From Flectonema sp. DT1601 (Eukaryota): 64,000 nt of DNA. This document shows, in pieces, positions 45,701-54,516 of this stretch; position 1 is the first letter of the stretch, and each line of letters begins with the position of its first letter. The notes beneath the pieces were generated by a model, which was given only the letters and a program-made list of their open reading frames with translations, was not told the origin of the DNA and made no database searches. The translations under genes and the position numbers were made by a program. The stretch lies in NCBI GenBank assembly GCA_964019425.1, contig OZ025802.1, positions 248,001-312,000 on the forward strand, in the 5' to 3' direction.

Positions 45701-46436
45701 GTGCTGGAGAACTCGGTTGATATTTTCTCATCATTTCTCTAGTGCTGCCGACACCAGCTGATAGAATGTCGGAATTCAAAGAATGACTTCGGAGTAGCTC
45801 TCCATGTTTCTGTTCCTGTTGTTGTTCCACAGCTCGAACATCTGGAAGTCGCTTCTTTAGAAAATGTGCAACTCCAGCAGCCGCAAAGAATCCGGTAAAA
45901 GCACTGACGGTTCTCTTACGATGTAACTCGTCAGAAGAAAACGCACGTAAGACTCTCGAGACAGGAAGTCCTTTTGTTAGGTGGGCAACAACTTCACCGA
46001 ATTGTGATTTATTCATTTCTGTTACTTTGATTCCGAGATGATCTTTAGATTTTCTGACGTCTTCATGAGTAATGTGTTTAAGTGAAGATAGAGTTGTGGT
46101 TAGTTTAAGCAGCTCATCACCTGTTACAGTTCCTCCTCCATCGTTGTCTACGAGATCGAATAACTGTTCAAAACACCATTTACTGAATGTTGTATGCATA
46201 TCAGAGACATCCATTCCAACTCTCGAAGCAATCATATTTATGAGGGAACTGAATTCATTTCTGTCGATTGAACCGTCTCCGTCTGCGTCTGCGATGTCAA
46301 AAAGCTCTTTGATTGTTGATTCTCCAGCTCTACCTCCTAAACACTTTCCAAACTCAATAGCCTCGTCCAGTGATAGACAACCGTTGCCATCAGCGTCAAT
46401 TAATTCAAAGATCTCATCAGATCCTCCAACACTCAT
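42768..46436 (-). CDS. EF-hand calcium-binding protein with long S/P/V-rich disordered region
   Basis: 1222-aa ORF; loops DADGNGCLSLDE, DADGDGSIDRNE, DNDGGGTVTGDE. Confidence 0.85.
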   Translation of the reverse strand: MSVGGSDEIFELIDADGNGCLSLDEAIEFGKCLGGRAGESTIKELFDIADADGDGSIDRNEFSSLINMIASRVGMDVSDMHTTFSKWCFEQLFDLVDNDGGGTVTGDELLKLTTTLSSLKHITHEDVRKSKDHLGIKVTEMNKSQFGEVVAHLTKGLPVSRVLRAFSSDELHRKRTVSAFTGFFAAAGVAHFLKKRLPDVRAVEQQQEQKHGELLRSHSLNSDILSAGVGSTREMMRKYQPSSPAHSKTTTEVGSDNRLVSNSSFLQPTSPVLIQQVVSPTASPTSSGRDDSPIRRQFPVGSGDHSPAPPPRNDKKEVFPHVSEKRERFSNTTEQLRPTRSSPLLLPRSSPETRSSLSPLQSSIRSKSPASLSRVVPMSDRRAMFIDKSDTPGSSLKVPQRRRAATQFSKKVPPTTRSVTPPSSSERLSSTAPSPSVKVESPVRGVPSVRVDSPAAQITQSIPQVSEPPVQMTVDSPAAQITQGVPQVSEPPVQMTVESPAAQITQGVPQVDEPPVQMTVESTVPTVTVASPAAQITQSVPQVSEPPVQMTVESPAAQSVPLSQAGSSVPPVTVESPVPTVTIESPIKASPSPVSVPVASVELPREEGSLSLSPAPRVNHKNASTPADTKSQSAALYIKPLPQMRGPDRNERCCNWLRETLSPHGTVIAIVSDLVEGHARVIMSSAAEADVIANAGIKTFKGDRPMDIKLLCDVNFGTEQGELEDIGEEYVEEADHDDALSFSLSPFRRSREDNPDAEPLDTMAVKHSLGRGHFPCEDKTSPGLCVMPPWTDDPSIVVPPWSDDLPQQPVPPGIDPDAADFIDIPVPSPRHFEKQPPPSLQPDDKRSSWIRSTLNYGLRTMLDKRRKDMNGIKILQGSVRGRSNGFSGIEVLRVSAGLDELPIAPATPPRDMSPKKTPIRKRVFRRSLAEKKERCSKIESAAKIFAQANTPSSVKSTTLDMKHAPTVRHAHCPPVYKKIVSLENSHNQNPLDPMIESRYIGLVMNVAEESKQKALERSENLLKGTPSPQRQRWTEPNELSPDEQSTYADYVRNESGRRHPSVVVGSNVYNSSRAQSKQQRKEVSTHEMDEPILVETTQRREESISGQTASPVAVEDEIVSDNFCRGEYAFREPPIANGEIDWESLDAIEKEISRQTTFLRAHAALPEEDEVITEQNDTDTDLDRLQRLNNDADSREVKRRLTRDHMTIDLMLNQINSVIGRS
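44690..45110 (-). repeat. Intragenic tandem repeat, 69-bp (23-aa) unit
   Basis: TVESPAAQITQGVPQVSEPPVQM units; gggaga anchors at 44937, 45006 and 45075. Confidence 0.9.
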
Positions 46437-46702
46437 TGTTTTGATATGTGATGAGGGATGTGATGAGGGACTGATGGTAATTATTATGTTTTGAACATCG
46501 TTAGCTGTTTTCTTTAAAAAGATAAGAAAGAACGACTTCCCTCACTTGAGTTTAGTCCACAAAAAACAAATGTTTGCTACTTCAAGGAGGGAATGACAAA
46601 AAAAATATTTTTTGAAAGAGAAAAAAAAACGAGAAATACATCTAAATAAATATCATAGTGTGTCATGTCAGAAATTACTTTTAACATGGTACCTAATAAC
46701 CA

Positions 46703-46737
<35 letters not shown>

Positions 46738-46980
46738 AGGTCCTTACTCATGGTAAAGGAAATTATTGATGCACAGCCACATTGATATTTTGTAGAATAA
46801 AGTTTCAGAATAAAGGAGAAGGAAATATTTATCATGGAGTCCCCTTCCCAATACTGACCGTATAAACAGTAGTGTTTTTCTTGTCGAAAAATTCAAGAAC
46901 AAAAAAAAAATAAATTAAAAAGGGACTGAAGCCACAAAAAAAAGAAAAAACATCAGACTACATCAGTATACAGAAAATAG

Positions 46981-47095
46981 TTTGTTGGTGCATGAAACCG
47001 TGAACCGACTTAAACTGATAAAGCTAAAGGAGGTTTACATGTGCTGCCAACATTCTTTTTCATTCTTACAATACTTGTTAAATGCAAAAAAAAAA
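46981..47095 (+). mobile_element. SINE-like family A, copy 3 (5'-shortened, antisense to the genes)
   Basis: gtgcatgaaaccgtgaaccgacttaaactgataaagctaaaggaggtttac...acttgttaaatgc(A)10. Confidence 0.75.
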
Positions 47096-47175
47096 CAGAA
47101 CGATTAAAAAAACATGCCACAATAGGATAGATGAAGAAGCAAAAAAAAAAAAAAAATGAATTGAGCGATATGGAC

Positions 47176-47394
47176 CTAGAGAGTAGCACCCTCCTTCAAA
47201 ATAATATCTATGTACACTAGATACGCAACTGTTGCTGTGAAAGCAATGTAGAATCCTATGACGACGTAACCCGAAATTGTATCAATCTTTTGCGTGTATT
47301 CTCTCGAATAAGTGTCCCACTTCGTGTGAGTTCTTACCTTCTCTTCATCCACTCGCCCGGTCGGGTTTAACGTGCAACCTTCGGCTCTGAACAT
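47176..47394 (-). CDS. Small single-pass membrane protein (72 aa)
   Basis: ATG directly after aaaccAG; one C-terminal hydrophobic segment; coding-like composition. Confidence 0.6.
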   Translation of the reverse strand: MFRAEGCTLNPTGRVDEEKVRTHTKWDTYSREYTQKIDTISGYVVIGFYIAFTATVAYLVYIDIILKEGATL

Positions 47395-47763
47395 CTGGTT
47401 TCTTTTTTTTTTAAAAAAAATATATAAAAAGATTTTTCTGGTTTTGGGTAATTAATCTCAATTATTTTTTTTTTTTTTTTTTTCAGATATCAAAATTTCA
47501 GACATCATAATTTTTACATTCTCTCACATGCTGTGTTGTTATGACTGTAAAGAAACTTATTAATAAGAATTGAAATTACAAAAACGAGGCCACTCAACCC
47601 ATGCGATACGATGGTGTGTTGAGATACAGTAATTCCATTCAAACGAATTAGAATAATCAAAAAAATGAAATAAATAAATAAAAATAGTTAGTAACGAAGA
47701 ATAAACATTTTCAACTGTTGAGGAAGAAATGTTTTTTTCTTTTTTTTTTTAAAAAAAAAGAAA

Positions 47764-49113
47764 TCACTTCCTTTTCTTATAAACTGTTTGCATATTTTGG
47801 AACAGCTCAGTGTGTGATGTCATCATATTTAATATTTCTGTTCCGTGAGGGAGTTTTGCCAATTTTTTAGCACTGCATTCACCCTCAGCAGGAATCTTCC
47901 AAATAGGAATTTGATACTCAGCCTGCATAGCAAGAAAATTTCTAATTTTTTTAGATTTCTCCTTTTCAGGAAATGACGAAACCCTGAGATAGTGCTCCAG
48001 ACACGTTAAAGTCTGCTGAGTAGCAGTACCATTGTGATATATGAGCATATCATGTTGTGTACACTTCGATGAGTATTCCTGCAGGTCCAATGCAGATGCA
48101 GCAAACTCAAAGTCCGGATCAACAATTCCAAACATAGCAGCAGCATCTGAAGGAAGCATCGGTATTAACGGCGACGACACTGCATACGATCCTTTCTTAA
48201 TCAACTCTGTGGCCACTAAGTGAGTCCTTCCACTATCTTCTTCTACATGAACTGCGCTATTTATCGACAAAGGTCTCCACAATGGACCTTGTCTTACACG
48301 CTGATCAGTAATATCAAAGACCGGATACAAAGCTAAGTAATCAGGTGACTGTCTCCACCAAGCTCTTCGAATGACAATACTGAATGCGTTTGTAACTTCT
48401 TCTTTAGATATTTCTGATGATAAAAGTCTTCGTAAACTCGGAGTATTAAATAATTGAATCATATCTCTGATTGTGTTAAGTCGATGCTGACGTCCTTTTT
48501 GTTGCAATTCTGGAACACAACGAAGCTCTGTTTCAGTCCAATAGACGTCACTCATGAAGTTTTTAGTGTAGAGAGGTAAAGCATCTAACCATGGCTTCCA
48601 AAATGAATTTGGTTTTCTATTTTCTAATAAGATTGCTAAGGTTAGTATCATTTGATGATGTCGAACACTTCCCTCAGCGAAATAGACAGCCGATTCCAAT
48701 ACCTCTTTAGCTCTCTCATCTGTAATAGAGGATAACACTGATCGCACTGTGATGATCGGTTTCGAAGGAAGAGTTAAAAGTGTGCTGTTTGGTTGTATAT
48801 CTGATTGGGCTTGAACCGCCCATCCCCATCCTTCACGCTTAACAAGCCCAACACCATCACCAGCACCTAGTTTTATAGTACCCGGCCATGCTAAAAACTT
48901 CTGTTCTGTTTCAGTCGTTGGTTTCGAATGTGATTTTGGATTATTTTGTTTCCTTTCTCTGTTATATTCCTCTTCAATTTCTCCACCCGCAAGAGCCATT
49001 AAAACACAAACTAAGCATCCTACCACTGCTATTAGTAACAATACTTTTGGAGACACTTGTTGATTTCCTTGTTTTTGCTTTTTAACATCCCGATCTTTCT
49101 TTTTTTTCGACAT
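47764..49113 (-). CDS. SET-domain (Rubisco-LSMT/SETD3-like) protein with N-terminal membrane anchor
   Basis: GWAVQAQSDIQPNSTLLTLP, L.LAILLE...NSFWKPWLDALP, YWTETEL, AFSIVIRRAW, LYPVFD. Confidence 0.75.
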   Translation of the reverse strand: MSKKKKDRDVKKQKQGNQQVSPKVLLLIAVVGCLVCVLMALAGGEIEEEYNRERKQNNPKSHSKPTTETEQKFLAWPGTIKLGAGDGVGLVKREGWGWAVQAQSDIQPNSTLLTLPSKPIITVRSVLSSITDERAKEVLESAVYFAEGSVRHHQMILTLAILLENRKPNSFWKPWLDALPLYTKNFMSDVYWTETELRCVPELQQKGRQHRLNTIRDMIQLFNTPSLRRLLSSEISKEEVTNAFSIVIRRAWWRQSPDYLALYPVFDITDQRVRQGPLWRPLSINSAVHVEEDSGRTHLVATELIKKGSYAVSSPLIPMLPSDAAAMFGIVDPDFEFAASALDLQEYSSKCTQHDMLIYHNGTATQQTLTCLEHYLRVSSFPEKEKSKKIRNFLAMQAEYQIPIWKIPAEGECSAKKLAKLPHGTEILNMMTSHTELFQNMQTVYKKRK

Positions 49114-49494
49114 AATTATAAATGATGGCTGTAGTAATGTGAGTATGGTCAGCGGTATTGAATTTGTTTTAACCTCTCAGTGCGAACCTGGGTCGGCACG
49201 GAATGGTAAAGAAGAGAGAAATAGCTGCGCTTGGTTAAAATAAAGTTTACAGCATACGTCCCTCGTTAACAAAGAGACTTTTTTTTTTTTTTTTTAAATT
49301 ATTTCTCATCAGGTTCCTCTCTACGAGAAATATTGACCTGCCTGAACCCCACTGATAAAAAGAAACGAAAGCAAATATTTTTTTAAAAAAAAAAAAAAAA
49401 AAAAAAAGAAAAAGAAAAAGGCAGATCATGACCGAGGTTTCGATAGAGAAATAACGTCGTTTTCGGAAAAAATAAAAAAAAAATCCTCGTCCGC

Positions 49495-51777
49495 TTATAA
49501 AGAAATACTACCTTGAAGGACTGAACCTGACGAACCAATCTCTCCAGGTTGATTCCCACCAACAAAGAATGAATATTTTGAAGGTACAAAAATACGACTT
49601 CCATCATGCTGAGCAGTTTCAAGAGACGATTTTAAAATGTTAAAAATAACTGTTTTTGACTGCTTTGGCTCCAAGTCAATTTTTTCAAATGAAATAAAAT
49701 TCTTTTGAGGTGTGATCAGCCCAGCTACTGTTGGAACAGACGCATAAGCCTGAGCGATATCAGACCCAAATACCAATCCAGTGTTTGTGATGCTAAATTT
49801 TAAGGTAACGACATAGTCACCCGTCTCAGCTTCAATACTCAAATTTGAATAAGAAAAATTCGTGTATGAAAGACCATATCCGAAACCATGTTTAACAAAT
49901 TCTTTAGATATGTATCGATGAGTCCTTCCAATACCAACTTCTAAGTCAAATATTGCAATCGACGTGTTGATGTTTTTATTCATTTCTTCAGCCCATGATT
50001 GCTTATAGATTGAAACAGGCATCTTAGCAGACGGGTTGTGTTCTCCGAATAGTACATCTGCAAGACCAGATCCAGCCTCTTCACCTCCATATGGGGCGTA
50101 TAGGACAGATGATGCGAGGGTATCATTGATGTCAATCCCACCAGCTGATATTGATATTATTATAAGTTGTTTTGATACTTTTTCAATTGCTTCTTGTAAT
50201 GCTAATTGTATCGAAGGTAGAGTCATGTTAATTCGATCGTTACCTTCCGCTTCCCAAACATCACCCAAACCGACAACTAAAATAGTCACATCAGAGTTCC
50301 TAGCAACATCAACAGCCTCACTAATCGCAGTAGCTGCAACACCAGGAGTCGTCCAACAAGAGTTGTCTTCCTTTGAAGGACAGCTAGTGTTAGAACCAAG
50401 ACTGTAGATTGCGGAGGATGTCCTGTTTTTTATACCCTCAAACACAGTCGTGTAGGAACTCGGAAATCCATTATAGCTGTGTAGAAGACACTCTGTGCAA
50501 TTAGCAAACGGACCTATCACTGCTACGTTTCCTAAGGATTTTGAAGACAAGGGTAGGATTCCTTTATTCTTAAGTAAGACAATACTTTTAGCAGCTGATT
50601 CTCTCGCAAGAGATCGATGCTCGTCAGAGTCGAGTTGGTCCCAACTGATATTCTTCCAAGGAAAGTCTGTCGCATACGTGTCAAACAATCCTATTTTCAT
50701 CATCGATTTTATAATTCGAGCAGCAGATGAATTCAATTGCGACATTGGTATGGTTCCATTCTCCACTAGTGATGTCATCGCAGGAATGTATTCTCCTCCT
50801 CTGAATCCAAAATAAACCTGAACAGTACCAGCAGCTAACACTAAAGCCTGTTGGTCAGTTGTAGTTCCATTGTAATGAAATGGATTGTTAATTGTTGAGA
50901 TAGAGTCACAGCAATCAGTCTGAACGAGAGCATCACTGATCCACTCCTTACGAAGTAATGTTGATAAAAGGTAAGGATTAATACAAGAAGGGATCCCATT
51001 TACTGAAGTCATAGCGCACATGATCCCATCAGCATTCCCTTCTGAAGGTCTTTGATAAGAACCATAAGTTGGTATGTAAGAATCTCCTAACGACCGACTA
51101 GTCACGTTCATTACAGCGTATCGTAGATCAGGTGACGCGCTATGAAATCCGAGGAAGTGACGAGTCACTTGTCTGGTGGCCATAAAATAGTCTCCCGGAG
51201 AGTTGGGTACTGGTTGTTGATTCTGTAAGTTTCTCATCGCAGTGACACCAATTTGCTGAATGAGATACGGATCCTCTCCGTACGTTTCAGATATTCTACC
51301 CCATCGAGGATCATGCGCAGAGTTCGCTAACGGTCCACCATCACAAGACAGAGCAGCCCCTTGAGACTCTCCATTACTTCTTTGATAAATCTGTTCAGAG
51401 ATGATACGAGCCTCTATTGAAGTAGCATTGCTTATTCTCCTAACAAGATCTCTATCGAAAGAAGCACCTTGAGCAATAGCATGAGCAAACACTGTTACAC
51501 CATGTTCTTTATTAATACCGTGAATACAAGTATGGTCAAGAGACCAAGTCTTCATATTGAATCTTTTGATGTATACAGTTCCTGGATAACTGCGTCCCCA
51601 TAGCATGACTCGTTCTGTTGTATTAAGTCTACTCATCAGGTCCTGTGATCTAGCTTCGAATCCGAGGTGTCGATTACAAAATGGTAACCCTGCTTCAGGT
51701 GAATTAGGAGCACAGGTATATCCCATATTGACTGATCCGACAGCAGTCAGAGTAACTGCAATTACTAACGACATCAT
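49495..51777 (-). CDS. Secreted glycoside hydrolase family 3 (beta-xylosidase-like)
   Basis: Signal peptide; DPRWGRISETYGEDP, RHF, IMCAMTSVNGIPSC, nucleophile region QTDCC, SIVLLKN, EAEGNDR, FGYGLSYTNF, C-terminal Fn3-like region. Confidence 0.93.
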   Translation of the reverse strand: MMSLVIAVTLTAVGSVNMGYTCAPNSPEAGLPFCNRHLGFEARSQDLMSRLNTTERVMLWGRSYPGTVYIKRFNMKTWSLDHTCIHGINKEHGVTVFAHAIAQGASFDRDLVRRISNATSIEARIISEQIYQRSNGESQGAALSCDGGPLANSAHDPRWGRISETYGEDPYLIQQIGVTAMRNLQNQQPVPNSPGDYFMATRQVTRHFLGFHSASPDLRYAVMNVTSRSLGDSYIPTYGSYQRPSEGNADGIMCAMTSVNGIPSCINPYLLSTLLRKEWISDALVQTDCCDSISTINNPFHYNGTTTDQQALVLAAGTVQVYFGFRGGEYIPAMTSLVENGTIPMSQLNSSAARIIKSMMKIGLFDTYATDFPWKNISWDQLDSDEHRSLARESAAKSIVLLKNKGILPLSSKSLGNVAVIGPFANCTECLLHSYNGFPSSYTTVFEGIKNRTSSAIYSLGSNTSCPSKEDNSCWTTPGVAATAISEAVDVARNSDVTILVVGLGDVWEAEGNDRINMTLPSIQLALQEAIEKVSKQLIIISISAGGIDINDTLASSVLYAPYGGEEAGSGLADVLFGEHNPSAKMPVSIYKQSWAEEMNKNINTSIAIFDLEVGIGRTHRYISKEFVKHGFGYGLSYTNFSYSNLSIEAETGDYVVTLKFSITNTGLVFGSDIAQAYASVPTVAGLITPQKNFISFEKIDLEPKQSKTVIFNILKSSLETAQHDGSRIFVPSKYSFFVGGNQPGEIGSSGSVLQGSISL

Positions 51778-51895
51778 TTGTGTGTAATGTTTGACTGAGA
51801 ATTTAGAAATTTACAAAACAAAAGAAGAAAGAAGAAGAAGGAAAAAAAAAACAATGCATCCTCGGTATTGATAGAGTGGTATCCTTTTATTAGTT

Positions 51896-52726
51896 TCAAA
51901 ATTGTAATTCGTAGTCTTCTCCAGGAGAGTCATCATCATCACTTGAGATGGGATTAGGTTGTTTAATAACAGAGTCAGTGAACTCTGCAGGTAATGGGTT
52001 CTCTGGTCTTATGAAGATTATATCAGTAACACACCTACCAGCATCAAGTCCTTTTTGTTCATATATTGTGACAGGTCTCCATGATGGTCGGGGTATGATC
52101 CCATCACTGTTGGCAGTAGAATGAGGTGTCCATAAAGCTGATTTCAATAAATTTATAGAAGGGGAGACATAGTCACTGACATCGGTAGCAATGTGTAATA
52201 ATCCATCTTTGAGTAGACTGTGAGATGCGAGAGTTACGAAATCTTTTCGGAGGATTCGAAGTTGTTGTTGTTGTGTATCACGTGCTCTAGACCAAGGATC
52301 AGGAAAGAACACATTCATAGTTGTGAACACAGGTTGCAGTTGGACGTTTAGTCTTAAGAATGTGACAGCATCCGCACAAATAATTCGAACATTTTGTAAT
52401 CCACTTTCTCTAATCGCAAGGAGTGCTTTTCCAACACCCGGAGCATGCCAATCAATACCAATGAAGTTAACATCAGGTTGAGCTCTTGCCATTGATATCA
52501 ACGTTGAGCCTGTTCCGAATCCAATATCGAGAACGCACGGAGCTCGTCTACCAAACTCCTTTTCAACTCTTTCAGTATTAAAAATTTCACCATATTTCAT
52601 TCGAATACCCCATACAGGGTATAACTCTTTTAATGCACGTCGTTGACTTTTTGTTGCATTTTTCTTATTTTGTTTTGTTTTATACCATCCAGGTCGTGAT
52701 TTCTTTGTATCCAAAAGAACGTCCAT
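51896..52726 (-). CDS. trmB: tRNA (guanine-N7)-methyltransferase, TrmB type
   Basis: LDIGFGTG, NFIGID, NVRIICADA, FFPDPW, HIATD; first ATG at 52726 after ctaaaacAG. Confidence 0.88.
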   Translation of the reverse strand: MDVLLDTKKSRPGWYKTKQNKKNATKSQRRALKELYPVWGIRMKYGEIFNTERVEKEFGRRAPCVLDIGFGTGSTLISMARAQPDVNFIGIDWHAPGVGKALLAIRESGLQNVRIICADAVTFLRLNVQLQPVFTTMNVFFPDPWSRARDTQQQQLRILRKDFVTLASHSLLKDGLLHIATDVSDYVSPSINLLKSALWTPHSTANSDGIIPRPSWRPVTIYEQKGLDAGRCVTDIIFIRPENPLPAEFTDSVIKQPNPISSDDDDSPGEDYELQF

Positions 52727-53629
52727 AACTACGCCACACCAGTCTGTTTTAGAAAAAAAAAAGAAGAAGGAAAAAAAAAACCACAAAAAAAAATTATATA
52801 ACCAACAAAAGCATTTTCTAACGTAACTTTTCGTTGTTTAATTTGCTACTCATTTTGCAATATTTTTTTTTCCACTGCAAATAAGAAAACGCTAAAATAT
52901 GCATCTGTAAAGGTCAATAAGTGAATGTTATTCAGACAGGGAATGCTTGGAGTCATTGGCGTGGGGGGAAAAAGAAGTTTACCATGTGTGTTCTGGGGAG
53001 GTTGAGATTACGCGTAAAAAAATTTTTTTCCATTTTTTCGTTATCACTGTTTGTCTGCAGAAGCAGACAAATAATATAAAAAAATAATAAAAAAATAACT
53101 CAGCAACGCAAAATAAGCATGGCATTAGCTATAAAATAGCAGCAGTTTATCACAAAATGATTATTGTTGCCAGGGCTCGTCCTACCCACTCACCCTACTC
53201 TACATTTATGTTCTCATCATCAACAGGAAAAGAAGAAAAAAAAAAGTCAGGTAGTTAGTCTTTTGAGATTATTTAAAAAAGAAATGAATTTGAGAAAATA
53301 AATTATTCTGCTGTTCCATAAAACACTTGTGGAATACGTAGATTCAAAACATGAGGATTTTTATTCCAAGTTTCATGAGTTCAATAAGCAACTATGATCC
53401 GAAGCAGGTAACAACTTTAATGAAATTATTTATTTATTTATTTACGAAGCCTAGGAAGCCAAAAGCCAGGAAAATCTCAACAGGGGTAACAGTTATATCG
53501 CTACCAGCAACCGTGAGACTCTCACAGACGATAAGAGACGTAGAATAACCTGGAACAAATGACTACCTAAACCCACCGTCCACGCGAGCAGACAGTGTTA
53601 GAGAAATAAAAAAGAATTAAAAAAAAAAG

Positions 53630-53850
53630 GGAGGGAAACTTTGACAATGTAAAAGCAGTTAACAACTTTTTGGTATAAAAACAAAATTAATATCAAAAAG
53701 TATTCTGACTGTTGTGTTAATCAAAAAGAAAAGGTACGTTCAGAAGGAAAAAAAAAAAAAAGATTGGTAACTTTAAAAAATGTACTTATATATTTCTTTG
53801 AACGCAGACTGAATCCTGTCGCACGGGAGAAACAGCTTTCAATCCGAATA
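53630..53850 (+). repeat. Dispersed repeat family B, rearranged copy
   Basis: gaaactttgacaatgtaaaa...aaacaaaattaatatcaa matches 23712-23780; gaacgcagactgaatcctgtcgcacgggagaaa matches 8873-8905. Confidence 0.7.
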
Positions 53851-54516
53851 AAATGAAGTAAAAGAGTATAACTTTCCTTACAACACTACTGACATATATC
53901 AAGCGTGGACAACACTGAAAAGGCAGATGAACCATCTTCTCTTAAATCAGGTCACAATCGTTAATAAATAAGTATCGTGGGCTATCTTTCTGTAGATGGT
54001 GACAAATATAAAAAATAAATTAAGAAATCAAGAAGTGTAAATGTAATCGACGGTCTCAAACTCCCCCATAAAAAAAGCTTAGCAGTAATCGTAGAACAAA
54101 ACTCACACATTACATGTGTGAGTTTTTTTTTATTTATGTTTTGTGTGAACCACACCAGCAACTGGAAAGTTGCAACGAAGAGTTAGCATTTCGAGAACGG
54201 GAACGGCAGAGGAAGAAATAAAATAAACCCCACTTAGAAAAAAATAAAAAGGGAAAAGAGGGAAACAACTGCTAACAACGAAGTGTTCTGGTCACTTCTC
54301 TTATATCTGTTCAGTGTAAGAATAACTGAATTGAGAGTGGGCAAACAGCCCCACTTATTCAAAAAAAGGCTAAGGCTTATCAAAAAAAAACACAAAACTG
54401 TAATTGTTTACAGAACATATTTAAAAAAAAAAACAAAAAAAAAAAAAAAATTAGATAATAAGTCAGAATCAATACAACAATAAAAAAAAAAAAATTAAAA
54501 AAAAAAATGATTTCCT

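Noticed and set aside
1902..48332. Non-standard genetic code or RNA editing as the explanation for missing catalytic residues
   Set aside because: STT3, RPL37, GH3 and Kv motifs decode perfectly with the standard code, and the required changes (e.g. TCA to GAY) are not single editing events
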